Assembly: GCA_023485545.1 (NCBI GenBank)
Contig: JAMCZI010000005.1
Coordinates: forward strand, 967-64,966
Length of the DNA: 64,000 nt
Reading direction: 5' to 3'
Source: Candidatus Marsarchaeota archaeon
GTDB taxonomy: Archaea; Micrarchaeota; Micrarchaeia; Micrarchaeales; Micrarchaeaceae
Part shown: piece by piece, positions 1 to 8,530 of the stretch
Position numbering within the stretch: position 1 is the first letter of the stretch
Layout of the letters: each line of letters begins with the position of its first letter
Notes under the pieces: generated by a model
Databases searched by the model: none
The model's input: the letters and a program-made list of their open reading frames with translations, nothing else
What the model was told of the DNA's origin: nothing
Made by a program: the position numbers and the translations under genes

Positions 1-1133
1 TTTTGCTTCCTTAGCGCACCTGTCCAGTTCCAGTACGCCGATATCTCAGCGTCCTTCTCTATCATATCTATAAGCTCCAGGTCGGATTTTGCACCTTTGT
101 TGTTGAAGGCTCTTATCTTCCGCCTTATGAGATCGGTAAATCCTTCAGCTCCTGCCAGCGGCTCCTTGCCAACCCCCTCTCTTCCCTCTATCTCAGCCAG
201 CTTTTCAGGATCGTGCCTCCTCAGGTAGTGGGCGTAAAGGAAGCCTATGAAGTACTCTGTCTGTTTAGGGAATGGCACGTGCGCTATGATGAAGTCAATG
301 TTGTCTATGTTCATCTTTTCTGCGAAAAGCTCGGCCTCCTCAAAAGCCTCTGCTACTGCATATACATACATTATCTTGGAGAATGTAGAGTGCACCAGCG
401 GCGTCTCCTCCCCGTATTTTGTGAAATCGGAGAAGGGCCCATGGAAGGCGTGCGATACACCAACGGGGAATGAAACCAGCGAGGGGTTTTCCGTAATCCA
501 CATCAGGGCTGCTGCCGCGCCTTGCGTTCCTTCGGCGTTCTTCGCCCTCAGATCGCTGTAAACGGAAGTATCTACAGATATGACGAGAGAGGATCCTTTT
601 TGGGATGTGTACGAGCCTACCGCAACATCATTTATCGCCTCTCCCAGCGCCAAGACTCCGCCCACGCATGCATATGTGATGGGCACAACTCTGGCCCTTT
701 TCAGCATCTCAATTATATCGTCATATGCTCTATCCTTTGGGAGGTATGAGGCGACCATCAACAGGCTGGGCTCTATTTCCGGCCTGCTCCTGTCGGGGTT
801 GCTTTCGGTCGCAAAATAAATGCTGCGTATGGGCTCATTGCGCAGCTTTGCCATTGTTTCCTTGTCAGAAGCCGCATCTTTGATAAACCGGTACAGCCCG
901 TTGGCCACCATTGTAGAGTTGTTCTCAGTTATGCCTGGCAGCCTGACCTCATTTATCCTTAACCCCCCAGATATCTTGCCGTTTTCAAACCCCAATTCAG
1001 ATTCAAGGTCCGCGCTTCGTATCGCCGTACCAGGAGTTGTTACTACCATGCGCTCTATCCCTATGTCTGGATTGTTCTTTACCACTGGAAGAACGGTGCT
1101 GTTTTCAGCTCTTTTCACGTATTCAATCTCCAT
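1..1133 (-). CDS. Hydroxymethylglutaryl-CoA synthase (mevalonate pathway); C-terminal end cut by window edge
   Basis: Not in the supplied ORF track because it has no stop inside the window. Reverse-complement reading from ATG at 1133..1131 is open to position 1. It gives MEIEYVKRAENSTVLPVVKNNPDIGIERMVV...FATESNPDRSRP...PITYACVGGVLALGEA...AEGTQGAAAALMWI...IAHVPFPK. These match the Glu / A-C-x-G-G Cys / HxPF His motif contexts of the HMG-CoA synthase family. Confidence 0.8.
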   Translation of the reverse strand, partial: MEIEYVKRAENSTVLPVVKNNPDIGIERMVVTTPGTAIRSADLESELGFENGKISGGLRINEVRLPGITENNSTMVANGLYRFIKDAASDKETMAKLRNEPIRSIYFATESNPDRSRPEIEPSLLMVASYLPKDRAYDDIIEMLKRARVVPITYACVGGVLALGEAINDVAVGSYTSQKGSSLVISVDTSVYSDLRAKNAEGTQGAAAALMWITENPSLVSFPVGVSHAFHGPFSDFTKYGEETPLVHSTFSKIMYVYAVAEAFEEAELFAEKMNIDNIDFIIAHVPFPKQTEYFIGFLYAHYLRRHDPEKLAEIEGREGVGKEPLAGAEGFTDLIRRKIRAFNNKGAKSDLELIDMIEKDAEISAYWNWTGALRKQ

Positions 1134-1203
1134 CTAATCTGTGATATCACGCAGGAAAGGTTTAAATAGCGACGAAGTGCTGATAGACTAATAACGAAGT
1201 GTA

Positions 1204-2208
1204 TCAGTCGCGCCTCATAATTAGGTTGAGGAACCCGTACTCATTGACGGTCTTTTGCATTTCCCCCCTCTTTTTCTGGGAATCCAGATTGATGAAATCC
1301 TTGTACGGCACTATGTGCACCTCTCCGAAGCTTTTCAGATAATCCGCGAGTTCGGAGAAATTGACGTCCACAGTTATCTGGAATTTTGGCGCCAGCTCTT
1401 CGAGCTCGTTTGATAAGGAGCTTTTGCCACGGCTTCCGTAAGCCCTTACGCCCTCCTTCCTCAACCACGATGGAATATTGCCTACCCATCCATAGTCGTG
1501 TATGAAAAGCATTCCTCCTCTAGAAAGCTTGTTAACCAGGTTTTCGAGAAGCCTTATCGAATTGGGGGACACCGTAACTAGCTCTCCTTCACGGAGTCCG
1601 TATACTATCTCTTTTTCGCTGCTGTTCAAAGACTCAAATCTCGCCCCTGATTCGCCGCACTTTATCGAAAACCTTCTTCCTACGATGCTGAAACCTTCTG
1701 GAACCACCTTCTCGAGGGGCCTCATCTCATAAATATCTCCGTTGTGCACTGTGTATATCAAAGACCCTATATCATCAAATAGCTCGTTCGCGACTATCAG
1801 GTCATATTTGCCATCGAAGTCCTCCACAGTGAGATCCTTCCTAAGCAGCCGCGTCCTGAAAAAGTCGTTGTCGCGTTTTTCTAGTATCCTGTTCGCCTTT
1901 ATGAGCGCATATTGCGACAGGTCTATCCCTGTATACTCTACCATTTTTGCCGCTTCAGCATGGCTTCCAGATTCGATTGACTTCATCGATTCGTACAGCC
2001 CTTCCATGAAATAGCCGCTGTTGCATCCGACTTCAAGAATGCGCAGCGGTCCTCTTTCGGTACGGTAGCCTCCAAATTCGTGCAGGAGGAACCCTGCAAA
2101 TGCATTCCTATAAACCGAGTTCATCGACTCTGTGACGAACGGGAGCTCGACGCTCATCATGGAAGTGTAGAACCTCTTATTCGACATCTCCACGCTTATT
2201 GTTGGCAT
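1204..2208 (-). CDS. Class I SAM-dependent methyltransferase, MidA/NDUFAF7-like (DUF185-type)
   Basis: ORF 1204..2295. Motif I is ILEVGCNSGYF and there is a VANELFDDI segment. Start placed at internal ATG 2208 (residue 30 of the long ORF) because a TTTAAATA box on the minus strand (2238..2231) lies about 26 nt upstream. The longest ORF would leave only 2 nt to the divergent neighbour. Confidence 0.6.
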   Translation of the reverse strand: MPTISVEMSNKRFYTSMMSVELPFVTESMNSVYRNAFAGFLLHEFGGYRTERGPLRILEVGCNSGYFMEGLYESMKSIESGSHAEAAKMVEYTGIDLSQYALIKANRILEKRDNDFFRTRLLRKDLTVEDFDGKYDLIVANELFDDIGSLIYTVHNGDIYEMRPLEKVVPEGFSIVGRRFSIKCGESGARFESLNSSEKEIVYGLREGELVTVSPNSIRLLENLVNKLSRGGMLFIHDYGWVGNIPSWLRKEGVRAYGSRGKSSLSNELEELAPKFQITVDVNFSELADYLKSFGEVHIVPYKDFINLDSQKKRGEMQKTVNEYGFLNLIMRRD

Positions 2209-2230
2209 TAAAGTAAAGCTGCGCACCATA

Positions 2231-2276
2231 TATTTAAATGTTGCTTTTGCGCCATAACGCCGCATCCGTATAATAA
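2231..2276. promoter_or_regulatory. Back-to-back archaeal TATA boxes for divergent genes
   Basis: TTTAAATA (minus strand, 2238..2231) is about 26 nt from ATG 2208. TATAATAA (plus strand, 2269..2276) is about 26 nt from ATG 2298. This spacing implies leaderless transcripts. Confidence 0.45.
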
Positions 2277-2297
2277 GTATACTGCGGAAAACCAATA

Positions 2298-3152
2298 ATG
2301 GATAATCAAAATCCGATAATATCCGGGTTCCACATAGCAGAGCTGCTCTCTTCAGCCAACGGCAAGGCCCAGATCAGCCTTGATCTCGGATTGTCCAAAG
2401 CTACAGTCGAAAAATCTAAAGAAGGGACAACATTCCCCGGCGGTCAGTTCATTTCCACTGAAAAGATGCTGCACGCAAAAAGGCGGCACCATGACGAAGA
2501 CTGCTTCGCAATCGATGGCAATTCGATGTTCTACCTTTACAGGTTCGACGGAAAGACGGCATACAGGCTGTATGAGCCAAAGAAGGACTGGCCTCCAACC
2601 CTGTGGATAAACGGCAGCATGATGCACACAGTTTCAGTTTCGAAGCCTACGGATGAGGCGATGGAGAAGGCGCGAGAGCTCGGGCGGCGCCCAGGAAAGG
2701 TCTTAGAGACATGCTTCGGGCTGGGCTACTCCGCGATGGCGCTAACGCAGAAATGCGGTGCGACAGAGGTGCGCAGCCATGAAATATCAAGCGATGTTCT
2801 GGACATAGCGCGTGAAAACCCCTGGTCTCGCCAGGCGTTGTCCGATAGCAGAATAAGCGTAAGCAACGACGACATAAAGGAAGCCATACATGAAATTGAA
2901 GACGGCTCGTTCGACTCTGTGCTCCACGATCCTCCCAACGTCAAGATAGACGGCGAGCTCTATTCAGAGAAATTCTACTCTGAGCTTTTCAGGGTGCTGA
3001 AGCGCGGAGGGAGGCTATACCACTTCGTAGGGGGCGGCAAGACGCCTCATGAATACAAGGTGAACTATACGCGTGGGGTAATGCGCAGGCTTTCTGAAGC
3101 CGGCTTTTCCAATGTAAAGAAATCGTACCGCGGCGTAACCGCGATAAAATGA
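2298..3152 (+). CDS. Class I SAM-dependent methyltransferase with DPP-type motif IV
   Basis: 284-aa ORF. Motif I-like VLETCFGLGYSAMAL; SVLHDPPN resembles the (D/N)PP motif of amino-group methyltransferases; LKRGGRLYHFVG follows. Confidence 0.6.
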   Translation: MDNQNPIISGFHIAELLSSANGKAQISLDLGLSKATVEKSKEGTTFPGGQFISTEKMLHAKRRHHDEDCFAIDGNSMFYLYRFDGKTAYRLYEPKKDWPPTLWINGSMMHTVSVSKPTDEAMEKARELGRRPGKVLETCFGLGYSAMALTQKCGATEVRSHEISSDVLDIARENPWSRQALSDSRISVSNDDIKEAIHEIEDGSFDSVLHDPPNVKIDGELYSEKFYSELFRVLKRGGRLYHFVGGGKTPHEYKVNYTRGVMRRLSEAGFSNVKKSYRGVTAIK

Positions 3153-3155
3153 GCA

Positions 3156-3228
3156 TGCGACCGCCGGGATTTGAACCCGGGTTTTTGCCTTGGAGGGGCA
3201 AAGTCCTACCAGGCTAGACTACGATCGC
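3156..3228 (-). tRNA. tRNA-Gly (anticodon UCC)
   Basis: The reverse complement folds as a cloverleaf: GCGATCG TA GTCT AGCCTGGTA GGAC T TTGCC CCTCCAA GGCAA AAAC CCGGG TTCAAAT CCCGG CGGTCGC A. The anticodon loop CCUCCAA reads UCC but has C, not U, at position 33. No encoded CCA. Confidence 0.8.
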
Positions 3229-3253
3229 ACGGCATAAGCTTATGCAAGAAAAC

Positions 3254-4165
3254 CTATTTATGACTTGATGGAGGCATGTCAGAAAGCTTCCTGTCTATCC
3301 CGAGCAGCAGGTCTATCAGCAGCCCGCTTATTATGGAGAGGAAACCCACCACTACAAGCATAAAAGCTATAAGGGCTCTTCCGACCTCGTTCATGACTCC
3401 TGTGGCTAGGTACGTGAAGAACACCATAAGCCCGATCACCAAGCCCACCACTATCAGTATTACACCTATGCTCCCGAATATGAGGAGCGGGTTGTAGTCC
3501 CTTGCGAGCCTGATCATGTGCGATGCCACGCCTACCCCATAAAGCACCTTAGAGCGCGAGAGCTTCGACTCTCCTTCAGAACGAGGGTAATACTCCACCG
3601 GAACCTCAACTATCCTGTAGCCCTTCTTGGCGAGTTCTATCGCGAAGAAAGCATGCCCTGCGCGGTAGGGTGCCATATCCTTCACGCTGTTGAAAGCCTT
3701 CCTGCTCACAACAAACATCCCAACAAGAAAATCGTGCACGTTCACGCCGTACATGTGCCTGTACAGCCTAGAGAGAAACCTGTTGCCAAACCTCTGGTGG
3801 AACGACATAGATCCAGGATGGAGGTTCTTGAGCCTGTTGCCCATTACCATATCTGCTTTTCCTTCCTTGATTATCTTGTAGCCTTCTAACAGTGAATGGG
3901 GGTCATGCGTCCCATCCCCGTCTATGCTTGCAATTATGTCAGAACGCGCCCTCTTGAGCCCTTCGAACACCGCATTCTCCACCCCGCTGCTCTGCTGCCT
4001 TATCAGAACTACGCCTATCTTGGCAAGCCTTCTCCTATAGGCCTCGCTGCTCTTGTCCACTACTATTATCTCGGGGTTCCTGAACTCCTTCCTTATGCGT
4101 GCTATCAGCTTGAAGACTCCCTCCTCCTCTATGGTGGGTATGATTATAGATATAACAGGCTTCAT
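3254..4165 (-). CDS. Family 2 glycosyltransferase, dolichyl-phosphate sugar synthase-like, with C-terminal TM helices
   Basis: SIIIPTIEEEG, IIVVDKSS and SIDGDGTHDP (DxD-type) motifs; hydrophobic C-terminal helices. Confidence 0.8.
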   Translation of the reverse strand: MKPVISIIIPTIEEEGVFKLIARIRKEFRNPEIIVVDKSSEAYRRRLAKIGVVLIRQQSSGVENAVFEGLKRARSDIIASIDGDGTHDPHSLLEGYKIIKEGKADMVMGNRLKNLHPGSMSFHQRFGNRFLSRLYRHMYGVNVHDFLVGMFVVSRKAFNSVKDMAPYRAGHAFFAIELAKKGYRIVEVPVEYYPRSEGESKLSRSKVLYGVGVASHMIRLARDYNPLLIFGSIGVILIVVGLVIGLMVFFTYLATGVMNEVGRALIAFMLVVVGFLSIISGLLIDLLLGIDRKLSDMPPSSHK

Positions 4166-4247
4166 AGATTAACATCCCAAAAGCTAACTTTTATATCTTG
4201 CTAAAAGAAGACTATAAATATAAATCCTTAGCCTTTGAGCTGGTAAG

Positions 4248-5366
4248 ATGAGAATAGCATTTGCCTATGACCTTCCGTACCCTTGGCATATAGGCGGGAT
4301 AGAGCAGATAAACGCCACTGAAGCGGAAGAGCTTGCAAAGGCAAACGAGGTGCACTTCTTCACGATGCGGTGGCCGAATATGCCTAGCACAACCGTGCGC
4401 AACGGCGTTAACTACCACGCATGGTATCCAGCTTCGATAAATACTGTCTACAGGCACGGCAGGCGCTCGATACGCAAGGCTCTTGCTTTCTCCTTCGGGC
4501 TTTTGAGGCTCTTCGGTTACCGCTTCGACCTTCTTGTCATAGACCAGTTCCCTTATCTGCATATACCGATAGCCGTGGTATATGCGAAGCTTACGGGCTG
4601 CAAGCTTGTCATACGTGTTGCAGAAGTGTGGTCCCTGGATTACTGGAAATCATATCTCGGGGTGCTTGGCGCACCTGCGCATTCGCTAGCCATCTCCCTC
4701 TCAAAGATGGGCGACCACTACATCGCCAACTCACAGAAGACGATGCAGCAGCTTGAGCAGATAGGGGTAAAGCGGTCTAAAATAAAGGTTTTTGCGCCAG
4801 TCCTCAACAAGGAAGCGCTTGATTTTGCATTGAAGTCATCACACACTAAGCGCAGGCGTGTTGTTTTTTCTGGAAGGCTGATTAAGGAAAAGCGCATTGA
4901 TGCATGGATAAGGGCGGTTGGCAAAGCCTCAAAGCTTGACAGCCGCATAAATGGTACGATAATAGGGAAGGGCGCAGAGGAGGCTAGCCTCAAGAAACTC
5001 GTAAAGGACCTCAAGCTCGATCATGTGATCTCATTCAAGCGCTTCTTCAAGAGCAAGTCCTCGCTGTACAAGTATATTGCAGAGTCATCTGTTCTGCTCA
5101 ACATGTCATCGCGCGAGGGCCTCAGCATAATTACCCTTGAGGCGATTGCACTCGGGACAAGAGTTCTTCTGCCATCCGATTCTCCCATACCTGAAGACAT
5201 AAAGGAAATGTGCACCGTCGCGGAAGAAAGCGCAATACCAATGGCACTGAAGAGGATATGCTCTAATCCGGAGCAGAAGCGCGAAAGGATTCAAAGCCTA
5301 GAACGTTACTACTCCTCCAACGTCGTATCATTCTATTCCGCGTTGACAAAGGAAATGGGATTGTGA
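4248..5366 (+). CDS. Glycosyltransferase, GT4/group 1 family
   Basis: 372 aa. C-terminal SSREGLSIITLEAIALGTRVL (E-x7-E context) is typical of GT-B group 1 enzymes. Confidence 0.8.
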   Translation: MRIAFAYDLPYPWHIGGIEQINATEAEELAKANEVHFFTMRWPNMPSTTVRNGVNYHAWYPASINTVYRHGRRSIRKALAFSFGLLRLFGYRFDLLVIDQFPYLHIPIAVVYAKLTGCKLVIRVAEVWSLDYWKSYLGVLGAPAHSLAISLSKMGDHYIANSQKTMQQLEQIGVKRSKIKVFAPVLNKEALDFALKSSHTKRRRVVFSGRLIKEKRIDAWIRAVGKASKLDSRINGTIIGKGAEEASLKKLVKDLKLDHVISFKRFFKSKSSLYKYIAESSVLLNMSSREGLSIITLEAIALGTRVLLPSDSPIPEDIKEMCTVAEESAIPMALKRICSNPEQKRERIQSLERYYSSNVVSFYSALTKEMGL

Positions 5367-5367
5367 A

Positions 5368-6879
5368 ATGGAGAAATCGCTAAATCATGAAATAAAAAAA
5401 GTCGCTATCGCATTATGCGGAATAGCTGCAATTTTAATAGCGGCAAATTTCATAATTGCAGGAAGCCCTTCATTTATCCTTTATTCGTTCCTGTTCTTCG
5501 TAGTGCTTGCATTCATAATTTCGGCGAACGATCATAGCATACGCACTGCAGTAATATTTGCGATAGCGCTCATAGTAGCGGGGGCTATAGGGTATGCAAA
5601 CATAAGCGTACTAAAGCTATCCAGCCTCGGCGCCCCAATATTCCTTTTTGCATTCGTCATCGCTGCTGTCGTGTCCATATATGCTGAACTCGGAATATTG
5701 CGGACTGCTGCGATAAGCGGCTCGGTGCTCGTAGCATTCCTTGAGTACCTTGCAGCGCCGGCTGAATCTGTGCTTCTGAGTACAAATGCGGCCATACTGG
5801 GATACTATCTGCTCATATCCTCTGTTATTGCACTCCTAATAGCTTCGTCATCTTTGAGCCAGTGGATCGAAAGGCGCATAGCCTCAATTTCTTCTGGCAA
5901 AAATTCCATCAAAGCCGCGTATGTTCTTATCGTTTTTGTTGCAATCCTCCTCGTGCTGCCTATATGGCCGTCGTATGTTCCAATACGCGCTTCAGGGCTG
6001 CCTTACGCATCATTCACCATCGAGCCGGCTAATGGCTCTCAGCCTACGAACTACATAAGCATCAACGCCACGCGACTTTCGCTTTACGCTGATTACAACC
6101 TCTCGAATATTGCGCTTTACATAAATGGCATGAGCGTCCCAGCCGTAGTGCTTGGCAATGCAAACCTTCAGTATGAAAACGCAATCATCTACATAGAAGG
6201 CGCTCCGCCTGCAGTAGGGGAGAAGATGGACATATACTTCCTGCCATTCGATTATTCTGGAGTGCAGACACCACAGCGCGTATCGGAAAGCAATTTCACT
6301 CCGTACAGAGTGACTGCGCTGCACGCGAAATTCGCATCGCTTACCTACCATGGAAGCTACACAAACGTAACTCGAACTTATACTGAATCGTATCGCTCCA
6401 ACCATTCTTCGTCCTCAAAGATAGTAGTCTATCCCCCATATTTTGTCAATCCCGTTTGCCCCTCTGGCTCAAACGAGTCGTTGCAGCTCCTGATACATAC
6501 TAACGTAACCTCTAGCCTGTTCCTGCTCTCAGGCGAATCCAACTTTTCAAGGGCAGTTTCAGAATCGTATTCAAACTACTCTTACTCATCATACCTGCGC
6601 AGCTTTGGCGCAAACTCTTATGCCAAGTACCTGAATGCGACTTCAGCATATTTCAACAAAACGCTCGATTCATGCATGTACTATGCGATAGTGCCTGAGC
6701 ATCCGGCGCTGGTGCAAATCCAGAAGAACGAAAGCTATTACCTTAACAAGTCAGTTACAGAAACACTAAAGGCGCCATCAATACTCAGCACAAGCGCGCG
6801 CGGCGTCCTCATAAGGCCGAATTTCCTGCCATTCAACATCAGGTACCTGCAGATGGAGCTCAATCCCGGAAAGCAATAA
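5368..6879 (+). CDS. Polytopic membrane protein with large N-x-S/T-rich extracellular C-terminal domain (function unknown)
   Basis: 503-aa ORF starting 1 nt after the GT4 stop. The N-terminal ~200 aa are hydrophobic helices. The C-terminal part carries many N-x-S/T sequons (NGS, NAT, NLS, NFT, NVT, NHS, NES, NYS, NKT). Confidence 0.6.
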   Translation: MEKSLNHEIKKVAIALCGIAAILIAANFIIAGSPSFILYSFLFFVVLAFIISANDHSIRTAVIFAIALIVAGAIGYANISVLKLSSLGAPIFLFAFVIAAVVSIYAELGILRTAAISGSVLVAFLEYLAAPAESVLLSTNAAILGYYLLISSVIALLIASSSLSQWIERRIASISSGKNSIKAAYVLIVFVAILLVLPIWPSYVPIRASGLPYASFTIEPANGSQPTNYISINATRLSLYADYNLSNIALYINGMSVPAVVLGNANLQYENAIIYIEGAPPAVGEKMDIYFLPFDYSGVQTPQRVSESNFTPYRVTALHAKFASLTYHGSYTNVTRTYTESYRSNHSSSSKIVVYPPYFVNPVCPSGSNESLQLLIHTNVTSSLFLLSGESNFSRAVSESYSNYSYSSYLRSFGANSYAKYLNATSAYFNKTLDSCMYYAIVPEHPALVQIQKNESYYLNKSVTETLKAPSILSTSARGVLIRPNFLPFNIRYLQMELNPGKQ

Positions 6880-6913
6880 ATATTAATTCATAGCCATCAT
6901 CATTATTGACAAG

Positions 6914-8452
6914 GTGTTTTATCTGGCTGAGGGAAATCAACCATCTGCTGGATCCGAGCAGCATGTGGTGAGCAGGGAAGTAAAGGAGTTCTGGCGTCAT
7001 GGCAACAGCCTTTTCGAGGAGAGCAAGTTCGAGGAGGCGATAGAGCAGTACACAAGGGCGATAGAGCTCGACGGGGAGTACGCGGACGCCTATTTTAACA
7101 GGGCGCTCAACGAAACCATGCTGCACCGCTATTCTGAAGCTAAGCAGGACCTCCAGAAGGTGATGGAGCTTCAGCCTGGCAGCCCAGACGCACCTCTTCT
7201 CATGGGCGACATATCAGAGACAAATGACGACCTCATAAGCGCCCGTTTTTGGTACGAGAAGTCCCTTTCATTGAAGCCAGACTATTCCGAAGCGAAGAGC
7301 AGGCTGGAGAAGATAGACGCGATGCTTCACATGGAGGCGCCAAAGCCCAAGTCCTCATCCCAAGCAGGGTTGTCGCCGCAGAGCCAGAAGAAGTCAAGCG
7401 AGCAGGCTACTGTGATAGAGGACGGCCAGATAAAGAAGCTGCCTTTCTACAAGTCGACGATGACCTTTGACAAGGTCATGGGTCTTGAAAAGATCAAGAA
7501 GTACCTGAAGGAAAATGTCGTTCTTGCGATACAGCGCCCCGACCTTTTCAAGAAATACGGCAAGGATCTCGGCGTCGGGCTGTTGCTCTACGGTCCTCCC
7601 GGGGTCGGAAAGACCTACATAGTCAACGCGATAGCTGGCGAGAGCGGCGCCAATGTGCTAATAGCAAGGATAAACCAGATAGTGGACATGTACACAGGCA
7701 ACACGGAGAAGAACCTTCATGCAATATTCGAGCAGGCAAGGAAGAACACCCCTTGCATAATATTCTTCGATGAGCTCGACGCCCTCGGAGTAAAGCGCGG
7801 CGGCGGAGGCGGGGAAGGAGGAGAATCCTCTGCTCTCCGTCTAGCCGTCAACCAGTTCCTGGTGGAGATGAATGGGGTCGAGGAGAATCCAGAGGGCATA
7901 TTCGTCATAGGCGCCACGAACCAGCCGTGGGACATCGATCCCGCGCTGAAAAGAAGCGGCAGATTCGGCGACAGCGTATACATACGCCCTCCTACTTACA
8001 AGGAGAGGAAGGCAACGTTCGAGCTCTACACCAGGAACAAGCAGAGGGGCAGGCTGAGCTACGGCCGCCTGGCAAGAGCAACCTCCGGTTACAGCCCTGC
8101 AGACATAAAGAGGATATGCGACAAGGCTGCAATGCGCCCCCTGCTCCATGAGTACCAGTTCAATAAGCAAAGGAACCTTACCATGTCCGACATGATGGCG
8201 ATACTGAAGGACAAGGACGTCTCAGGCAGCTCGCTTGACGAGTGGTACTCAATGGTCAAGAAGGATGTCATAAGCAAGACAGAGACTCAGATAGTTGACG
8301 GCAAGAAGCAGGAGGTCGTAAAGGAGGGCAAGCTCGACCCACAGGAGAAGATACTCTACAAAGCCCTGATAAAGGACATAAAGAAGAACACATCCTCAAC
8401 GAGGATACGCATGAAAAAGTTCATGCGCTGGTGGGCGCTGCACCTGTTCTGA
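6914..8452 (+). CDS. TPR-repeat AAA+ ATPase (CDC48/FtsH-clade single AAA domain)
   Basis: N-terminal TPR-like repeats (AIEQYTRAIELDGEYADAYFNRA...). Walker A GPPGVGKT, Walker B IIFFDELD, and ATNQPWDIDPALKRSGRF second region of homology. Confidence 0.8.
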   Translation: MFYLAEGNQPSAGSEQHVVSREVKEFWRHGNSLFEESKFEEAIEQYTRAIELDGEYADAYFNRALNETMLHRYSEAKQDLQKVMELQPGSPDAPLLMGDISETNDDLISARFWYEKSLSLKPDYSEAKSRLEKIDAMLHMEAPKPKSSSQAGLSPQSQKKSSEQATVIEDGQIKKLPFYKSTMTFDKVMGLEKIKKYLKENVVLAIQRPDLFKKYGKDLGVGLLLYGPPGVGKTYIVNAIAGESGANVLIARINQIVDMYTGNTEKNLHAIFEQARKNTPCIIFFDELDALGVKRGGGGGEGGESSALRLAVNQFLVEMNGVEENPEGIFVIGATNQPWDIDPALKRSGRFGDSVYIRPPTYKERKATFELYTRNKQRGRLSYGRLARATSGYSPADIKRICDKAAMRPLLHEYQFNKQRNLTMSDMMAILKDKDVSGSSLDEWYSMVKKDVISKTETQIVDGKKQEVVKEGKLDPQEKILYKALIKDIKKNTSSTRIRMKKFMRWWALHLF

Positions 8453-8530
8453 ATTGTGGATAACCCCATGGAAAGGCATATAGAAATAGCCTTCAATTGT
8501 ATCACATGCAGCGTTGCATGTGCATAAAAA

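Noticed and set aside
213-1137. Five plus-strand track ORFs (213..473, 247..561, 522..749, 580..819, 820..1137)
   Set aside because: All lie antisense to a continuous minus-strand reading frame (1133 down to 1) that encodes clear HMG-CoA synthase motifs. Their products are low-complexity, Ser/Leu/Pro-rich shadow translations.
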